This document shows positions 11,392 to 23,097 of a stretch of DNA of 64,000 nt, one piece after another (the first letter of the stretch is position 1; every line of letters begins with the position of its first letter). Source of the DNA: Escherichia coli. Lineage in GTDB: Bacteria > Pseudomonadota > Gammaproteobacteria > Enterobacterales > Enterobacteriaceae. The stretch lies in assembly GCF_003790525.1 (NCBI RefSeq), contig NZ_CP033635.1. One strand, written 5' to 3'. The notes beneath the pieces are model-generated. The model saw nothing but the letters and a program-made list of their open reading frames with translations, was not told where the DNA came from and ran no database searches. The position numbers and the translations under genes were made by a program.

Positions 11392-14300
11392 ATGAAAAAG
11401 TTACGCTTAGCCGCCTGCATGCTAATGCTGGCGCTGGCAGGGTGCGACAACAACGATAACGCGCCAACAGCGGTGAAAAAAGATGCACCTTCTGAAGTTA
11501 CTAAAGCGGCATCTTCAGAAAACGCGAGTTCAGCAAAACTCTCTGCACCGGAGCGACAGAAACTGGCCCAACAGAGTGCCGGTAAGGCGCTGACATTGCT
11601 GGATCTCTCTGAAGTCCAACTTGATGGCGCAGCCACGCTGGTGCTGACCTTCTCTATCCCTCTCGACCCGGATCAGGATTTCTCGCGCGTTATTCACGTC
11701 GTTGATAAAAAAAGCGGCAAAGTGGATGGGGCCTGGGAGCTGTCAGATAATCTTAAAGAGCTGCGTTTACGCCACCTCGAGCCGAAACGTGATTTGATCG
11801 TTACTATTGGCAAGGAGGTCAAGGCACTCAACAACGCAACCTTCAGTAAAGATTACGAAAAAACTATAACTACCCGCGATATCCAGCCCAGCGTCGGTTT
11901 TGCCAGCCGTGGTTCGCTGCTGCCTGGAAAAGTCATTGAAGGGCTGCCGGTAATGGCGCTCAATGTTAACAATGTCGATGTTAACTTCTTCCGTGTTAAG
12001 CCAGAATCTCTGCCAGCATTTATTAGCCAATGGGAATACCGCAATTCGCTGGCGAACTGGCAGTCAGATAAACTGCTGCAGATGGCGGATCTGGTCTACA
12101 CCGGACGGTTTGATCTCAATCCTGCGCGTAACACCCGTGAAAAATTATTGCTGCCGCTGGGCGATATCAAACCGCTTCAGCAGGCGGGCGTGTATCTGGC
12201 TGTGATGAATCAGGCTGGACGTTACGATTACAGTAATCCCGCGACGCTGTTTACGTTAAGTGATATTGGCGTTTCAGCTCACCGTTATCACAATCGTCTG
12301 GATATCTTTACCCAAAGTCTGGAAAACGGCGCGGCCCAGCAAGGAATTGAAGTCTCTTTATTAAATGAGAAAGGGCAGACTCTGACTCAGGCAACCAGTG
12401 ACGCTCAGGGGCATGTGCAGCTGGAAAATGATAAAAACGCGGCATTACTGCTGGCGCGTAAAAACGGTCAGACAACGCTGCTCGATTTAAAACTCCCGGC
12501 GCTGGACTTAGCGGAATTTAACATTGCTGGCGCGCCGGGCTATAGCAAACAGTTTTTCATGTTTGGCCCGCGCGATCTTTATCGCCCGGGTGAAACGGTC
12601 ATCCTCAATGGTTTGCTGCGTGATGCAGACGGTAAAGCATTGCCCGATCAACCCATCAAGTTAGACGTGATTAAACCCGACGGGCAGGTACTCAGGAGCG
12701 TCGTTAGTCAGCCGGAGAATGGCCTCTACCACTTTACCTGGCCACTCGATAGCAATGCGGCAACCGGTATGTGGCATATTCGCGCTAACACGGGCGATAA
12801 CCAGTATCGGATGTGGGATTTCCACGTCGAAGATTTTATGCCAGAGCGTATGGCGCTGAATCTGACCGGTGAGAAAACCCCGCTAACGCCGAAAGATGAA
12901 GTGAAATTCTCCGTGGTGGGGTACTACCTGTATGGTGCACCTGCTAATGGTAATACTTTGCAAGGGCAACTTTTCCTGCGCCCACTGCGTGAAGCTGTGT
13001 CAGCCTTACCTGGTTTTGAATTCGGCGATATAGCTGCCGAAAATCTTTCCCGCACGCTGGATGAAGTTCAGTTGACGCTGGATGATAAAGGGCGTGGCGA
13101 AGTTTCCACTGAAAGCCAGTGGAAGGAAACGCATTCCCCATTACAGGTTATTTTCCAGGGGAGTTTGTTGGAATCGGGCGGTCGCCCGGTGACGCGCCGC
13201 GCTGAGCAGGCTATCTGGCCTGCCGATGCATTGCCGGGGATCCGTCCGCAGTTCGCCTCGAAATCGGTTTACGATTATCGCACTGACAGCACGGTGAAAC
13301 AGCCCATTGTTGATGAAGGCAGTAACGCCGCTTTTGACATCGTTTATAGCGATGCGCAAGGCGTAAAAAAAGCCGTGTCGGGCTTGCAGGTGCGCCTGAT
13401 TCGCGAACGCCGCGATTACTACTGGAACTGGTCAGAAGATGAAGGCTGGCAGTCACAGTTTGATCAAAAAGATCTGATTGAAAATGAACAAACTCTGGAT
13501 CTGAAAGCGGACGAAACCGGCAAGGTCAGTTTCCCGGTAGAGTGGGGCGCTTATCGTCTGGAAGTCAAAGCGCCGAATGAAGCGGTCAGTAGTGTGCGTT
13601 TCTGGGCTGGCTATAGCTGGCAGGACAACAGCGACGGGAGCGGTGCCGTGCGACCCGACCGTGTCACGCTGAAACTGGATAAAGCCAGTTATCGCCCTGG
13701 CGATACCATTAAGTTGCATATTGCCGCGCCAACGGCGGGTAAAGGTTATGCGATGGTCGAGTCCAGTGAAGGGCCGCTGTGGTGGCAAGAGATTGATGTT
13801 CCGGCTCAAGGGCTGGATCTGACGATTCCGGTAAATAAAACCTGGAATCGTCATGATCTTTATTTGAGTACGCTGGTGGTGCGTCCTGGCGATAAATCTC
13901 GCTCCGCGACGCCAAAACGCGCGGTTGGGGTGTTGCATCTGCCGCTTGGTGATGAAAACCGTCGCCTCGATCTGGCGCTGGAAACCCCCACCAAAATGCG
14001 CCCCAATCAGCCATTAACCGTGAAAATTAAAGCCAGCACTAAAAATGGTGAGATGCCAAAACAGGTGAATGTGCTGGTGTCTGCCGTTGATAGCGGTGTG
14101 CTGAATATTACTGATTACGTCACGCCAGATCCGTGGCAGGCGTTCTTTGGTCAGAAACGCTATGGCGCAGACATTTACGATATTTACGGTCAGGTTATTG
14201 AAGGTCAGGGGCGTCTGGCAGCTCTGCGTTTCGGTGGCGATGGTGATGAGCTGAAACGTGGTGGTAAACCGCCGGTCAATCACGTCAATATTGTCGCGCA

Positions 14301-16350
14301 GCAGGCGCTGCCGGTAACGCTCAACGAACAGGGCGAAGGCTCGGTTACACTGCCAATTGGCGATTTTAATGGTGAGTTACGAGTCATGGCGCAGGCCTGG
14401 ACAGCAGATGATTTCGGTAGCAACGAAAGCAAAGTGGTTGTTGCCGCACCGGTGATAGCAGAACTGAACATGCCGCGCTTTATGGCCAGCGGTGACACCT
14501 CACGTCTGACGCTGGATATCACTAATCTTACCGATAAACCGCAAAAACTGAACGTTGCCCTGACCGCCAGTGGTTTGCTTGAACTGGTCAGCGATTCACC
14601 CGCAGCCGTTGAATTAGCGCCAGGTGTGCGTACTACGCTGTTTATCCCGGTGCGAGCATTGCCGGGTTATGGTGATGGTGAAATTCAGGCCACCATTAGC
14701 GGGTTAGCGTTACCCGGGGAAACCGTTGCCGATCAGCATAAACAGTGGAAAATCGGCGTCCGTCCGGCGTTCCCGGCACAAACGGTCAATTACGGTACGG
14801 CGTTGCAGCCTGGTGAGACATGGGCGATTCCGGCGGATGGATTGCAAAACTTCTCGCCTGTTACGCTGGAAGGGCAATTGTTGTTGAGCGGCAAACCACC
14901 GCTGAACATCGCAAGTTATATCAAAGAGTTAAAAGCGTATCCGTACGGCTGTCTTGAGCAAACCGCCAGCGGCCTGTTCCCGTCACTTTATACCAACGCA
15001 GCCCAACTGCAGGCGTTGGGCATCAAAGGCGACAGTGATGAGAAACGCCGTGCATCGGTCGATATCGGCATTTCCCGTTTGCTGCAAATGCAACGTGATA
15101 ACGGCGGCTTTGCGCTGTGGGATAAAAACGGTGACGAAGAGTACTGGCTGACGGCTTACGTGATGGATTTCCTGGTCCGCGCAGGTGAGCAGGGTTACAG
15201 CGTGCCGACAGACGCCATTAACCGGGGAAATGAGCGTCTGCTGCGCTATTTACAAGATCCGGGCATGATGTCGATCCCGTACGCGGATAATCTCAAAGCC
15301 AGTAAATTCGCCGTACAGTCTTACGCTGCGCTGGTGCTGGCCCGTCAGCAAAAAGCTCCACTGGGTGCGCTGCGTGAAATCTGGGAGCATCGTGCAGATG
15401 CCGCTTCTGGTTTACCGCTGCTGCAACTTGGCGTTGCGCTGAAAACCATGGGTGATGCGACGCGTGGTGAAGAAGCAATTGCGCTGGCGCTGAAAACGCC
15501 GCGTAATGATGAGCGGAAATGGCTGGGTGATTACGGTAGCCCACTGCGCGACAACGCGTTAATGCTCTCCTTGCTGGAAGAAAATAAACTGCTACCCGAT
15601 GAGCAGAACACTTTGCTGAATACGCTTTCGCAGCAGGCGTTTGGTGAACGCTGGCTATCGACGCAGGAAAGTAACGCGTTGTTCCTGGCTGCCCGTACGG
15701 TTCAGGATTTACCGGGTAAATGGCAGGCGCAAACCTCTTTCTCAGCTGAGCCGCTGACAGGCGAGAAAGCGCAAACCAGCAATCTGAATAGCGATCAACT
15801 TGCCACCTTGCAGGTGACCAACAGTGGCGATCAGCCGTTATGGCTGCGTGTGGATGCCAGCGGTTATCCGCAATCCGCACCTTTACCGGCGAACAATGTG
15901 CTGCAAATCGAGCGTCATATTCTTGGTACTGATGGTAAGAGCAAATCGCTGGACTCGTTACGTAGCGGCGATCTGGTGCTGGTGTGGTTGCAGGTTAAAG
16001 CCAGTAACAGCGTGCCGGATGCGTTGGTCGTGGATCTGCTGCCAGCGGGTCTGGAACTGGAAAACCAGAATCTGGCGAACGGTAGCGCCAGCCTGGAGCA
16101 AAGTGGTGGCGAAGTGCAGAACTTACTGAACCAGATGCAGCAGGCGAGTATTAAGCACATTGAGTTCCGTGACGATCGCTTTGTGGCGGCGGTTGCCGTT
16201 GATGAATACCAACCGGTAACGCTGGTGTATCTGGCGCGGGCGGTGACGCCGGGAACGTATCAGGTACCGCAACCGATGGTGGAATCAATGTATGTTCCCC
16301 AATGGCGGGCGACCGGCGCGGCTGAAGATTTGCTAATTGTCAGACCGTAA
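11392..16350 (+). CDS. yfhM: Alpha-2-macroglobulin family lipoprotein YfhM
   Basis: 1652-aa ORF with lipoprotein signal MKKLRLAACMLMLALAGC; stop abuts pbpC start. Confidence 0.92.
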   Translation: MKKLRLAACMLMLALAGCDNNDNAPTAVKKDAPSEVTKAASSENASSAKLSAPERQKLAQQSAGKALTLLDLSEVQLDGAATLVLTFSIPLDPDQDFSRVIHVVDKKSGKVDGAWELSDNLKELRLRHLEPKRDLIVTIGKEVKALNNATFSKDYEKTITTRDIQPSVGFASRGSLLPGKVIEGLPVMALNVNNVDVNFFRVKPESLPAFISQWEYRNSLANWQSDKLLQMADLVYTGRFDLNPARNTREKLLLPLGDIKPLQQAGVYLAVMNQAGRYDYSNPATLFTLSDIGVSAHRYHNRLDIFTQSLENGAAQQGIEVSLLNEKGQTLTQATSDAQGHVQLENDKNAALLLARKNGQTTLLDLKLPALDLAEFNIAGAPGYSKQFFMFGPRDLYRPGETVILNGLLRDADGKALPDQPIKLDVIKPDGQVLRSVVSQPENGLYHFTWPLDSNAATGMWHIRANTGDNQYRMWDFHVEDFMPERMALNLTGEKTPLTPKDEVKFSVVGYYLYGAPANGNTLQGQLFLRPLREAVSALPGFEFGDIAAENLSRTLDEVQLTLDDKGRGEVSTESQWKETHSPLQVIFQGSLLESGGRPVTRRAEQAIWPADALPGIRPQFASKSVYDYRTDSTVKQPIVDEGSNAAFDIVYSDAQGVKKAVSGLQVRLIRERRDYYWNWSEDEGWQSQFDQKDLIENEQTLDLKADETGKVSFPVEWGAYRLEVKAPNEAVSSVRFWAGYSWQDNSDGSGAVRPDRVTLKLDKASYRPGDTIKLHIAAPTAGKGYAMVESSEGPLWWQEIDVPAQGLDLTIPVNKTWNRHDLYLSTLVVRPGDKSRSATPKRAVGVLHLPLGDENRRLDLALETPTKMRPNQPLTVKIKASTKNGEMPKQVNVLVSAVDSGVLNITDYVTPDPWQAFFGQKRYGADIYDIYGQVIEGQGRLAALRFGGDGDELKRGGKPPVNHVNIVAQQALPVTLNEQGEGSVTLPIGDFNGELRVMAQAWTADDFGSNESKVVVAAPVIAELNMPRFMASGDTSRLTLDITNLTDKPQKLNVALTASGLLELVSDSPAAVELAPGVRTTLFIPVRALPGYGDGEIQATISGLALPGETVADQHKQWKIGVRPAFPAQTVNYGTALQPGETWAIPADGLQNFSPVTLEGQLLLSGKPPLNIASYIKELKAYPYGCLEQTASGLFPSLYTNAAQLQALGIKGDSDEKRRASVDIGISRLLQMQRDNGGFALWDKNGDEEYWLTAYVMDFLVRAGEQGYSVPTDAINRGNERLLRYLQDPGMMSIPYADNLKASKFAVQSYAALVLARQQKAPLGALREIWEHRADAASGLPLLQLGVALKTMGDATRGEEAIALALKTPRNDERKWLGDYGSPLRDNALMLSLLEENKLLPDEQNTLLNTLSQQAFGERWLSTQESNALFLAARTVQDLPGKWQAQTSFSAEPLTGEKAQTSNLNSDQLATLQVTNSGDQPLWLRVDASGYPQSAPLPANNVLQIERHILGTDGKSKSLDSLRSGDLVLVWLQVKASNSVPDALVVDLLPAGLELENQNLANGSASLEQSGGEVQNLLNQMQQASIKHIEFRDDRFVAAVAVDEYQPVTLVYLARAVTPGTYQVPQPMVESMYVPQWRATGAAEDLLIVRP

Positions 16351-18663
16351 ATGCCTCGCTTGTTAACCAAACGCGGCTGCTGGATAACGCTGGCAGCTGC
16401 GCCATTTCTCCTTTTTCTTGCAGCGTGGGGAGCAGATAAACTCTGGCCTCTACCGCTGCATGAAGTCAATCCCGCACGAGTGGTTGTGGCGCAGGATGGG
16501 ACGCCGCTCTGGCGCTTTGCCGATGCGGAAGGCATCTGGCGTTATCCGGTAACAATCGAAGATGTTTCTCCACGTTACCTTGAAGCGCTGATCAATTATG
16601 AAGATCGCTGGTTCTGGAAGCATCCGGGGGTGAATCCATTCTCGGTGGCGCGCGCAGCATGGCAAGATCTCACTTCGGGAAGGGTTATTTCCGGTGGCAG
16701 CACGCTCACTATGCAGGTTGCTCGTCTGCTTGATCCTCACCCCAAAACATTTGGCGGCAAAATTCGCCAGCTCTGGCGCGCGTTGCAACTGGAGTGGCAT
16801 CTGTCTAAGCGTGAAATTCTGACCTTGTATCTTAACCGCGCTCCGTTTGGCGGTACGTTGCAGGGGATCGGTGCGGCAAGTTGGGCTTATCTCGGAAAAT
16901 CGCCTGCGAATTTAAGCTATTCCGAGGCGGCAATGCTGGCGGTGTTGCCGCAAGCGCCCAGCCGACTGCGCCCGGATCGCTGGCCGGAACGTGCCGAAGC
17001 CGCGCGTAATAAAGTGCTCGAAAGGATGGCCGTGCAAGGTGTGTGGTCCCGTGAGCAGGTAAAAGAGTCAAGGGAAGAACCCATCTGGCTGGCACCCCGA
17101 CAAATGCCGCAACTGGCACCGCTGTTTTCGCGCATGATGCTCGGTAAAAGCAAAAGCGACAAAATCGTTACGACGCTGGATGCCGGTCTTCAACGACGTC
17201 TGGAAGAACTGGCGCAAAACTGGAAAGGACGATTACCACCGCGCAGCTCACTGGCGATGATCGTGGTTGATCATACCGATATGCGTGTTCGCGGCTGGGT
17301 GGGTTCGGTTGATCTCAACGATGATTCACGCTTTGGTCATGTTGATATGGTCAATGCGATCCGATCGCCAGGATCGGTGCTCAAACCGTTTGTTTATGGT
17401 CTGGCGCTGGATGAAGGCTTGATCCACCCGGCATCGCTGTTGCAAGACGTCCCCCGACGCACCGGTGATTACCGACCTGGCAACTTTGACAGCGGTTTTC
17501 ATGGCCCGATCAGCATGAGTGAGGCGCTGGTGCGATCGCTGAACTTACCTGCTGTGCAGGTGCTGGAAGCCTATGGACCGAAACGGTTTGCGGCAAAGTT
17601 ACGCAATGTTGGATTGCCGTTATATTTGCCCAACGGTGCTGCACCGAATCTTTCGCTCATTCTCGGCGGCGCTGGCGCAAAACTGGAAGATATGGCGGCA
17701 GCGTATACCGCGTTTGCTCGCCACGGCAAGGCAGGCAAATTGCGCTTACAGCCTGACGATCCGCTGCTTGAACGGCCTTTAATGTCGTCGGGGGCTGCGT
17801 GGATCATTCGCCGGATTATGGCTGATGAAGCGCAACCCTTGCCGGATGGTGCCTTGCCGCGCGTCGCCCCACTGGCATGGAAAACGGGCACCAGCTATGG
17901 CTATCGTGATGCCTGGGCGATTGGGGTTAACGCTCGCTATGTCATTGGGATCTGGACTGGCAGACCGGACGGCACGCCCGTTGTTGGTCAGTTTGGCTTT
18001 GCCAGCGCCGTACCATTGTTGAATCAGGTCAATAATATCTTACTGTCGCGCAGTGCGAATCTGCCGGAAGACCCACGTCCTGACTCTGTAAGTCGTGGCG
18101 TTATCTGCTGGCCGGGCGGACAGTCTTTGCCGGAAGGTGACAGTAACTGTCGCCGCCGCCTGGCAACCTGGCTGCTGGACGGGAGTCAGCCGCCAACTCT
18201 ATTACTGCCGGAGCAGGAAGGCATTAATGGCATTCGTTTCCCCATCTGGCTGGATGAAAACGGCAAACGTGTTGCCGCTGATTGCCCTCAGGCGCGACAA
18301 GAAATGATAAATGTCTGGCCGCTACCGCTGGAACCCTGGCTGCCCGCATCAGAACGTCGCGCTGTGCGCTTGCCACCGGCCTCGACAATTTGCCCGCCAT
18401 ACGGTCACGATGCACAACTCCCGCTGCAGCTAACAGGTGTGCGCGATGGCGCGATTATTAAACGTTTACCGGGCGCAGCGGAAGCGACTTTGCCGTTACA
18501 ATCAAGTGGAGGGGCAGGTGAACGCTGGTGGTTTCTGAACGGCGAACCGTTAACTGAACGTGGGCGCAACGTGACCCTGCATTTGACGGATAAAGGCGAT
18601 TATCAATTGCTGGTGATGGATGAGGTGGGGCAAATAGCGACAGTGAAATTTGTCATGCAATAG
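16351..18663 (+). CDS. pbpC: Penicillin-binding protein 1C
   Basis: 770-aa ORF with transglycosylase and transpeptidase regions; ATG immediately after yfhM stop. Confidence 0.92.
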   Translation: MPRLLTKRGCWITLAAAPFLLFLAAWGADKLWPLPLHEVNPARVVVAQDGTPLWRFADAEGIWRYPVTIEDVSPRYLEALINYEDRWFWKHPGVNPFSVARAAWQDLTSGRVISGGSTLTMQVARLLDPHPKTFGGKIRQLWRALQLEWHLSKREILTLYLNRAPFGGTLQGIGAASWAYLGKSPANLSYSEAAMLAVLPQAPSRLRPDRWPERAEAARNKVLERMAVQGVWSREQVKESREEPIWLAPRQMPQLAPLFSRMMLGKSKSDKIVTTLDAGLQRRLEELAQNWKGRLPPRSSLAMIVVDHTDMRVRGWVGSVDLNDDSRFGHVDMVNAIRSPGSVLKPFVYGLALDEGLIHPASLLQDVPRRTGDYRPGNFDSGFHGPISMSEALVRSLNLPAVQVLEAYGPKRFAAKLRNVGLPLYLPNGAAPNLSLILGGAGAKLEDMAAAYTAFARHGKAGKLRLQPDDPLLERPLMSSGAAWIIRRIMADEAQPLPDGALPRVAPLAWKTGTSYGYRDAWAIGVNARYVIGIWTGRPDGTPVVGQFGFASAVPLLNQVNNILLSRSANLPEDPRPDSVSRGVICWPGGQSLPEGDSNCRRRLATWLLDGSQPPTLLLPEQEGINGIRFPIWLDENGKRVAADCPQARQEMINVWPLPLEPWLPASERRAVRLPPASTICPPYGHDAQLPLQLTGVRDGAIIKRLPGAAEATLPLQSSGGAGERWWFLNGEPLTERGRNVTLHLTDKGDYQLLVMDEVGQIATVKFVMQ

Positions 18664-18811
18664 TCTGTTTTGTCCCTGATTGTTGCTTAAACTGGGTTTA
18701 TTTTAAAAAAATGTTACCTTCATCAATAGTCAACGGCTCTGTTGCTCATTATAATCCGCGCCATCTCGTACGCTGGTACAGACAACAACAGAACAATTTA
18801 CAGAGGTAAAA

Positions 18812-19243
18812 ATGGCTATTGAACGTACTTTTTCCATCATCAAACCGAACGCGGTAGCAAAAAACGTGATTGGTAGTATCTTTGCGCGCTTTGAAGCTGC
18901 AGGGTTCAAAATTGTCGGCACCAAAATGCTGCACCTGACCGTTGAACAGGCTCGTGGCTTTTATGCTGAACACGATGGAAAACCGTTCTTTGATGGTCTG
19001 GTTGAATTCATGACTTCTGGCCCGATCGTTGTTTCCGTGCTGGAAGGTGAAAATGCTGTTCAGCGTCACCGCGATCTGCTGGGCGCGACCAATCCGGCAA
19101 ACGCACTGGCCGGTACTCTGCGTGCTGATTACGCTGACAGCCTGACCGAAAATGGTACCCACGGTTCTGATTCCGTCGAATCTGCCGCTCGCGAAATCGC
19201 TTATTTCTTCGGCGAAGGCGAAGTGTGCCCGCGCACCCGTTAA
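18812..19243 (+). CDS. ndk: Nucleoside diphosphate kinase
   Basis: 143-aa [27 protein letters not shown] signature. Confidence 0.95.
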
Positions 19244-19392
19244 TAATTTCGTAAATGCCGCGTGCAAACGTGGCATCCGTGCGCCAGAATTTGTACAATG
19301 CAGCGCCCCCGGACGAGCAGCCGCTCACCGGGGCGTTTCTTTTTTCAACCCTCCAGGGGCCATAACGTGTAATAACGAGGCCGGAATAGCAT

Positions 19393-20547
19393 ATGTCTGA
19401 ACAATTAGTCACACCTGAAAACGTCACCACTAAAGATGGAAAAATCAACCTGCTGGATCTCAACCGTCAGCAGATGCGGGAGTTTTTTAAAGATTTAGGT
19501 GAAAAACCCTTCCGCGCCGATCAGGTGATGAAGTGGATGTATCACTATTGCTGCGACAACTTTGATGAGATGACCGACATCAATAAAGTGTTGCGCGGCA
19601 AACTGAAAGAGGTGGCGGAAATCCGTGCACCGGAAGTGGTTGAAGAACAGCGTTCATCTGACGGCACCATTAAATGGGCGATCGCCGTTGGCGATCAACG
19701 CGTCGAAACGGTGTATATCCCGGAAGACGACCGCGCAACGCTCTGCGTCTCTTCGCAGGTGGGGTGTGCGCTGGAGTGTAAATTCTGTTCCACCGCCCAG
19801 CAGGGCTTTAACCGCAACCTGCGGGTATCGGAAATTATCGGCCAGGTGTGGCGTGCGGCGAAAATCGTCGGCGCAGCAAAAGTCACCGGTCAGCGCCCAA
19901 TCACTAACGTCGTGATGATGGGTATGGGCGAGCCGCTGCTCAACCTGAACAATGTCGTTCCGGCGATGGAGATCATGTTGGATGACTTTGGTTTTGGTCT
20001 GTCTAAACGTCGCGTCACGCTTTCCACTTCCGGTGTAGTTCCGGCGCTGGATAAACTGGGCGATATGATCGACGTTGCACTGGCAATTTCCCTGCACGCG
20101 CCGAACGACGAAATTCGTGACGAAATTGTGCCGATCAACAAAAAGTACAATATCGAAACGTTCCTTGCGGCGGTGCGCCGTTATCTGGAGAAATCCAACG
20201 CCAATCAGGGCCGAGTCACTATTGAATACGTGATGCTTGACCACGTTAACGACGGCACTGAACACGCGCACCAACTGGCGGAGCTACTGAAAGATACGCC
20301 GTGTAAGATCAACCTGATCCCGTGGAACCCGTTCCCTGGCGCGCCGTATGGACGCAGTTCGAACAGCCGTATCGACCGTTTCTCAAAAGTGCTGATGAGC
20401 TACGGTTTCACCACTATTGTGCGTAAAACTCGTGGTGATGATATCGATGCTGCCTGTGGTCAGTTGGCGGGCGATGTTATCGACCGTACGAAACGTACCC
20501 TGCGTAAACGGATGCAGGGTGAAGCCATCGATATTAAAGCGGTCTGA
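19393..20547 (+). CDS. rlmN: Radical-SAM rRNA/tRNA methyltransferase RlmN
   Basis: 384-aa ORF with CALECKFC radical-SAM motif. Confidence 0.94.
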
Positions 20548-20831
20548 TAGCCATTACGCCACGGTTACTTTATGTACCGTGGCGTAATCTTTTATGAATG
20601 AAGTATTAAGTTGCAATTGTCTGGTCAATATTAACGGTGCGTTTTTGCTGACTTTAAGGCAGTATGTAACGATGCAACAGTAAGTTAGCCTTAGTGAATG
20701 TGGGCTTTGTCACGAGCACACAGACGGTCTTATACTGTATGATAACGGTTAACTTAACGGATGTTTCGCGGTGTGGGTGAGCATGATGGTTCACCGGCAT
20801 CTCAATTCTCATTTAAACGTACCTGCAGCGA

Positions 20832-21842
20832 ATGAATACTGAAGCCACGCACGACCAAAATGAAGCACTTACTACCGGCGCTCGCCTGCGTAATGCTCGC
20901 GAACAACTAGGACTTAGTCAGCAGGCCGTTGCTGAGCGACTTTGCCTGAAGGTTTCCACGGTACGCGACATTGAAGAAGATAAGGCACCTGCCGATCTTG
21001 CTTCAACATTCCTGCGCGGATATATCCGCTCTTATGCGCGTCTGGTACATATTCCAGAAGAAGAACTGCTACCGGGGCTGGAAAAACAGGCTCCACTACG
21101 AGCTGCAAAAGTTGCGCCGATGCAGAGTTTTTCCCTCGGTAAACGCCGCAAAAAACGTGACGGCTGGCTGATGACCTTCACCTGGCTGGTGTTGTTTGTG
21201 GTTATTGGCCTGAGCGGTGCCTGGTGGTGGCAAGACCACAAAGCTCAGCAGGAAGAGATCACCACTATGGCCGATCAATCTTCTGCGGAACTGAATAATA
21301 ATCAAAGCCAGAGTGTACCGTTAGATACGTCGACAACCACAGATCAGGCTATGGCGACCACGCCGACATCACCTGTGGATACCACCGCAACTAACACGCA
21401 AACACCTGCCGCGACGACGGCTCCATCGCCAACCGTCGATTCACAACAGAATGCGGTTGTTCCACCTTCGCAGGCAAATGTTGATACCGCTGCGACTCCG
21501 GCACCAGCGGCAACAACAATGCCAGATGGTGCTGCGCCGTTGCCAACCGATCAGGCAGGCGTGACTACGCCGGCGGCTGATCCGAATGCGCTGGTGATGA
21601 ACTTTACTGCCGATTGCTGGCTGGAGGTTACTGATGCTACCGGTAAAAAACTGTTTAGCGGTATGCAGCGTAAAGACGGTAATTTGAACTTAACCGGCCA
21701 GGCACCGTACAAACTGAAAATTGGTGCGCCAGCCGCAGTACAGATCCAGTATCAAGGGAAACCTGTCGATCTGAGTCGTTTTATCAGAACTAACCAGGTT
21801 GCGCGTCTGACCCTCAATGCCGAACAATCACCGGCGCAGTAA
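20832..21842 (+). CDS. rodZ: Cytoskeleton protein RodZ
   Basis: 336-aa [37 protein letters not shown] plus TM segment plus Pro/Thr-rich linker. Confidence 0.92.
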   Translation: MNTEATHDQNEALTTGARLRNAREQLGLSQQAVAERLCLKVSTVRDIEEDKAPADLASTFLRGYIRSYARLVHIPEEELLPGLEKQAPLRAAKVAPMQSFSLGKRRKKRDGWLMTFTWLVLFVVIGLSGAWWWQDHKAQQEEITTMADQSSAELNNNQSQSVPLDTSTTTDQAMATTPTSPVDTTATNTQTPAATTAPSPTVDSQQNAVVPPSQANVDTAATPAPAATTMPDGAAPLPTDQAGVTTPAADPNALVMNFTADCWLEVTDATGKKLFSGMQRKDGNLNLTGQAPYKLKIGAPAAVQIQYQGKPVDLSRFIRTNQVARLTLNAEQSPAQ

Positions 21843-21868
21843 CAGACGGGTAACGCGGGAGATTTTTC

Positions 21869-22987
21869 ATGCATAACCAGGCTCCAATTCAACGTAGAAA
21901 ATCAACACGTATTTACGTTGGGAATGTGCCGATTGGCGATGGTGCTCCCATCGCCGTACAGTCCATGACCAATACGCGTACGACAGACGTCGAAGCAACG
22001 GTCAATCAAATCAAGGCGCTGGAACGTGTTGGCGCTGATATCGTCCGTGTCTCCGTACCGACGATGGACGCGGCAGAAGCGTTCAAACTCATCAAACAGC
22101 AGGTTAACGTGCCGCTGGTGGCTGACATCCACTTCGACTATCGCATTGCGCTGAAAGTAGCGGAATACGGCGTCGATTGTCTGCGTATTAACCCTGGCAA
22201 TATCGGTAATGAAGAGCGTATTCGCATGGTGGTTGACTGTGCGCGCGATAAAAACATTCCGATCCGTATTGGCGTTAACGCCGGATCGCTGGAAAAAGAT
22301 CTGCAAGAAAAGTATGGCGAACCGACGCCGCAGGCGTTGCTGGAATCTGCCATGCGTCATGTTGATCATCTCGATCGCCTGAACTTCGAACAGTTCAAAG
22401 TCAGCGTGAAAGCGTCAGACGTCTTCCTCGCTGTTGAGTCTTATCGTTTGCTGGCAAAACAGATCGATCAGCCGCTGCATCTGGGGATCACCGAAGCGGG
22501 TGGTGCGCGCAGCGGGGCGGTTAAATCCGCCATTGGTTTAGGTCTGCTGCTGTCTGAAGGCATCGGCGACACGCTGCGCGTATCGCTGGCGGCCGATCCG
22601 GTCGAAGAGATCAAAGTCGGTTTCGATATTTTGAAATCGCTGCGTATCCGTTCGCGCGGGATCAACTTCATCGCCTGCCCGACCTGTTCGCGTCAGGAAT
22701 TTGATGTTATCGGTACGGTTAACGCGCTGGAGCAACGCCTGGAAGATATCATCACTCCGATGGACGTTTCGATTATCGGCTGCGTGGTGAATGGCCCAGG
22801 TGAGGCGCTGGTTTCTACACTCGGCGTCACCGGCGGCAACAAGAAAAGCGGCCTCTATGAAGATGGCGTGCGCAAAGACCGTCTGGACAACAACGATATG
22901 ATCGATCAGCTGGAAGCGCGCATTCGTGCGAAAGCCAGTCAGCTGGACGAAGCGCGTCGAATTGACGTTCAGCAGGTTGAAAAATAA
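21869..22987 (+). CDS. ispG: HMBPP synthase IspG
   Basis: 372-aa [39 protein letters not shown]. Confidence 0.95.
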   Translation: MHNQAPIQRRKSTRIYVGNVPIGDGAPIAVQSMTNTRTTDVEATVNQIKALERVGADIVRVSVPTMDAAEAFKLIKQQVNVPLVADIHFDYRIALKVAEYGVDCLRINPGNIGNEERIRMVVDCARDKNIPIRIGVNAGSLEKDLQEKYGEPTPQALLESAMRHVDHLDRLNFEQFKVSVKASDVFLAVESYRLLAKQIDQPLHLGITEAGGARSGAVKSAIGLGLLLSEGIGDTLRVSLAADPVEEIKVGFDILKSLRIRSRGINFIACPTCSRQEFDVIGTVNALEQRLEDIITPMDVSIIGCVVNGPGEALVSTLGVTGGNKKSGLYEDGVRKDRLDNNDMIDQLEARIRAKASQLDEARRIDVQQVEK

Positions 22988-23097
22988 TAACGTGATGGGA
23001 AGCGCCTCGCTTCCCGTGTATGATTGAACCCGCATGGCTCCCGAAACATTGAGGGAAGCGTTGAGGGTTCATTTTTATATTCAGAAAGAGAATAAAC

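Noticed and set aside
18749-19276. 175-aa minus-strand ORF over ndk
   Set aside because: Antisense shadow of ndk.
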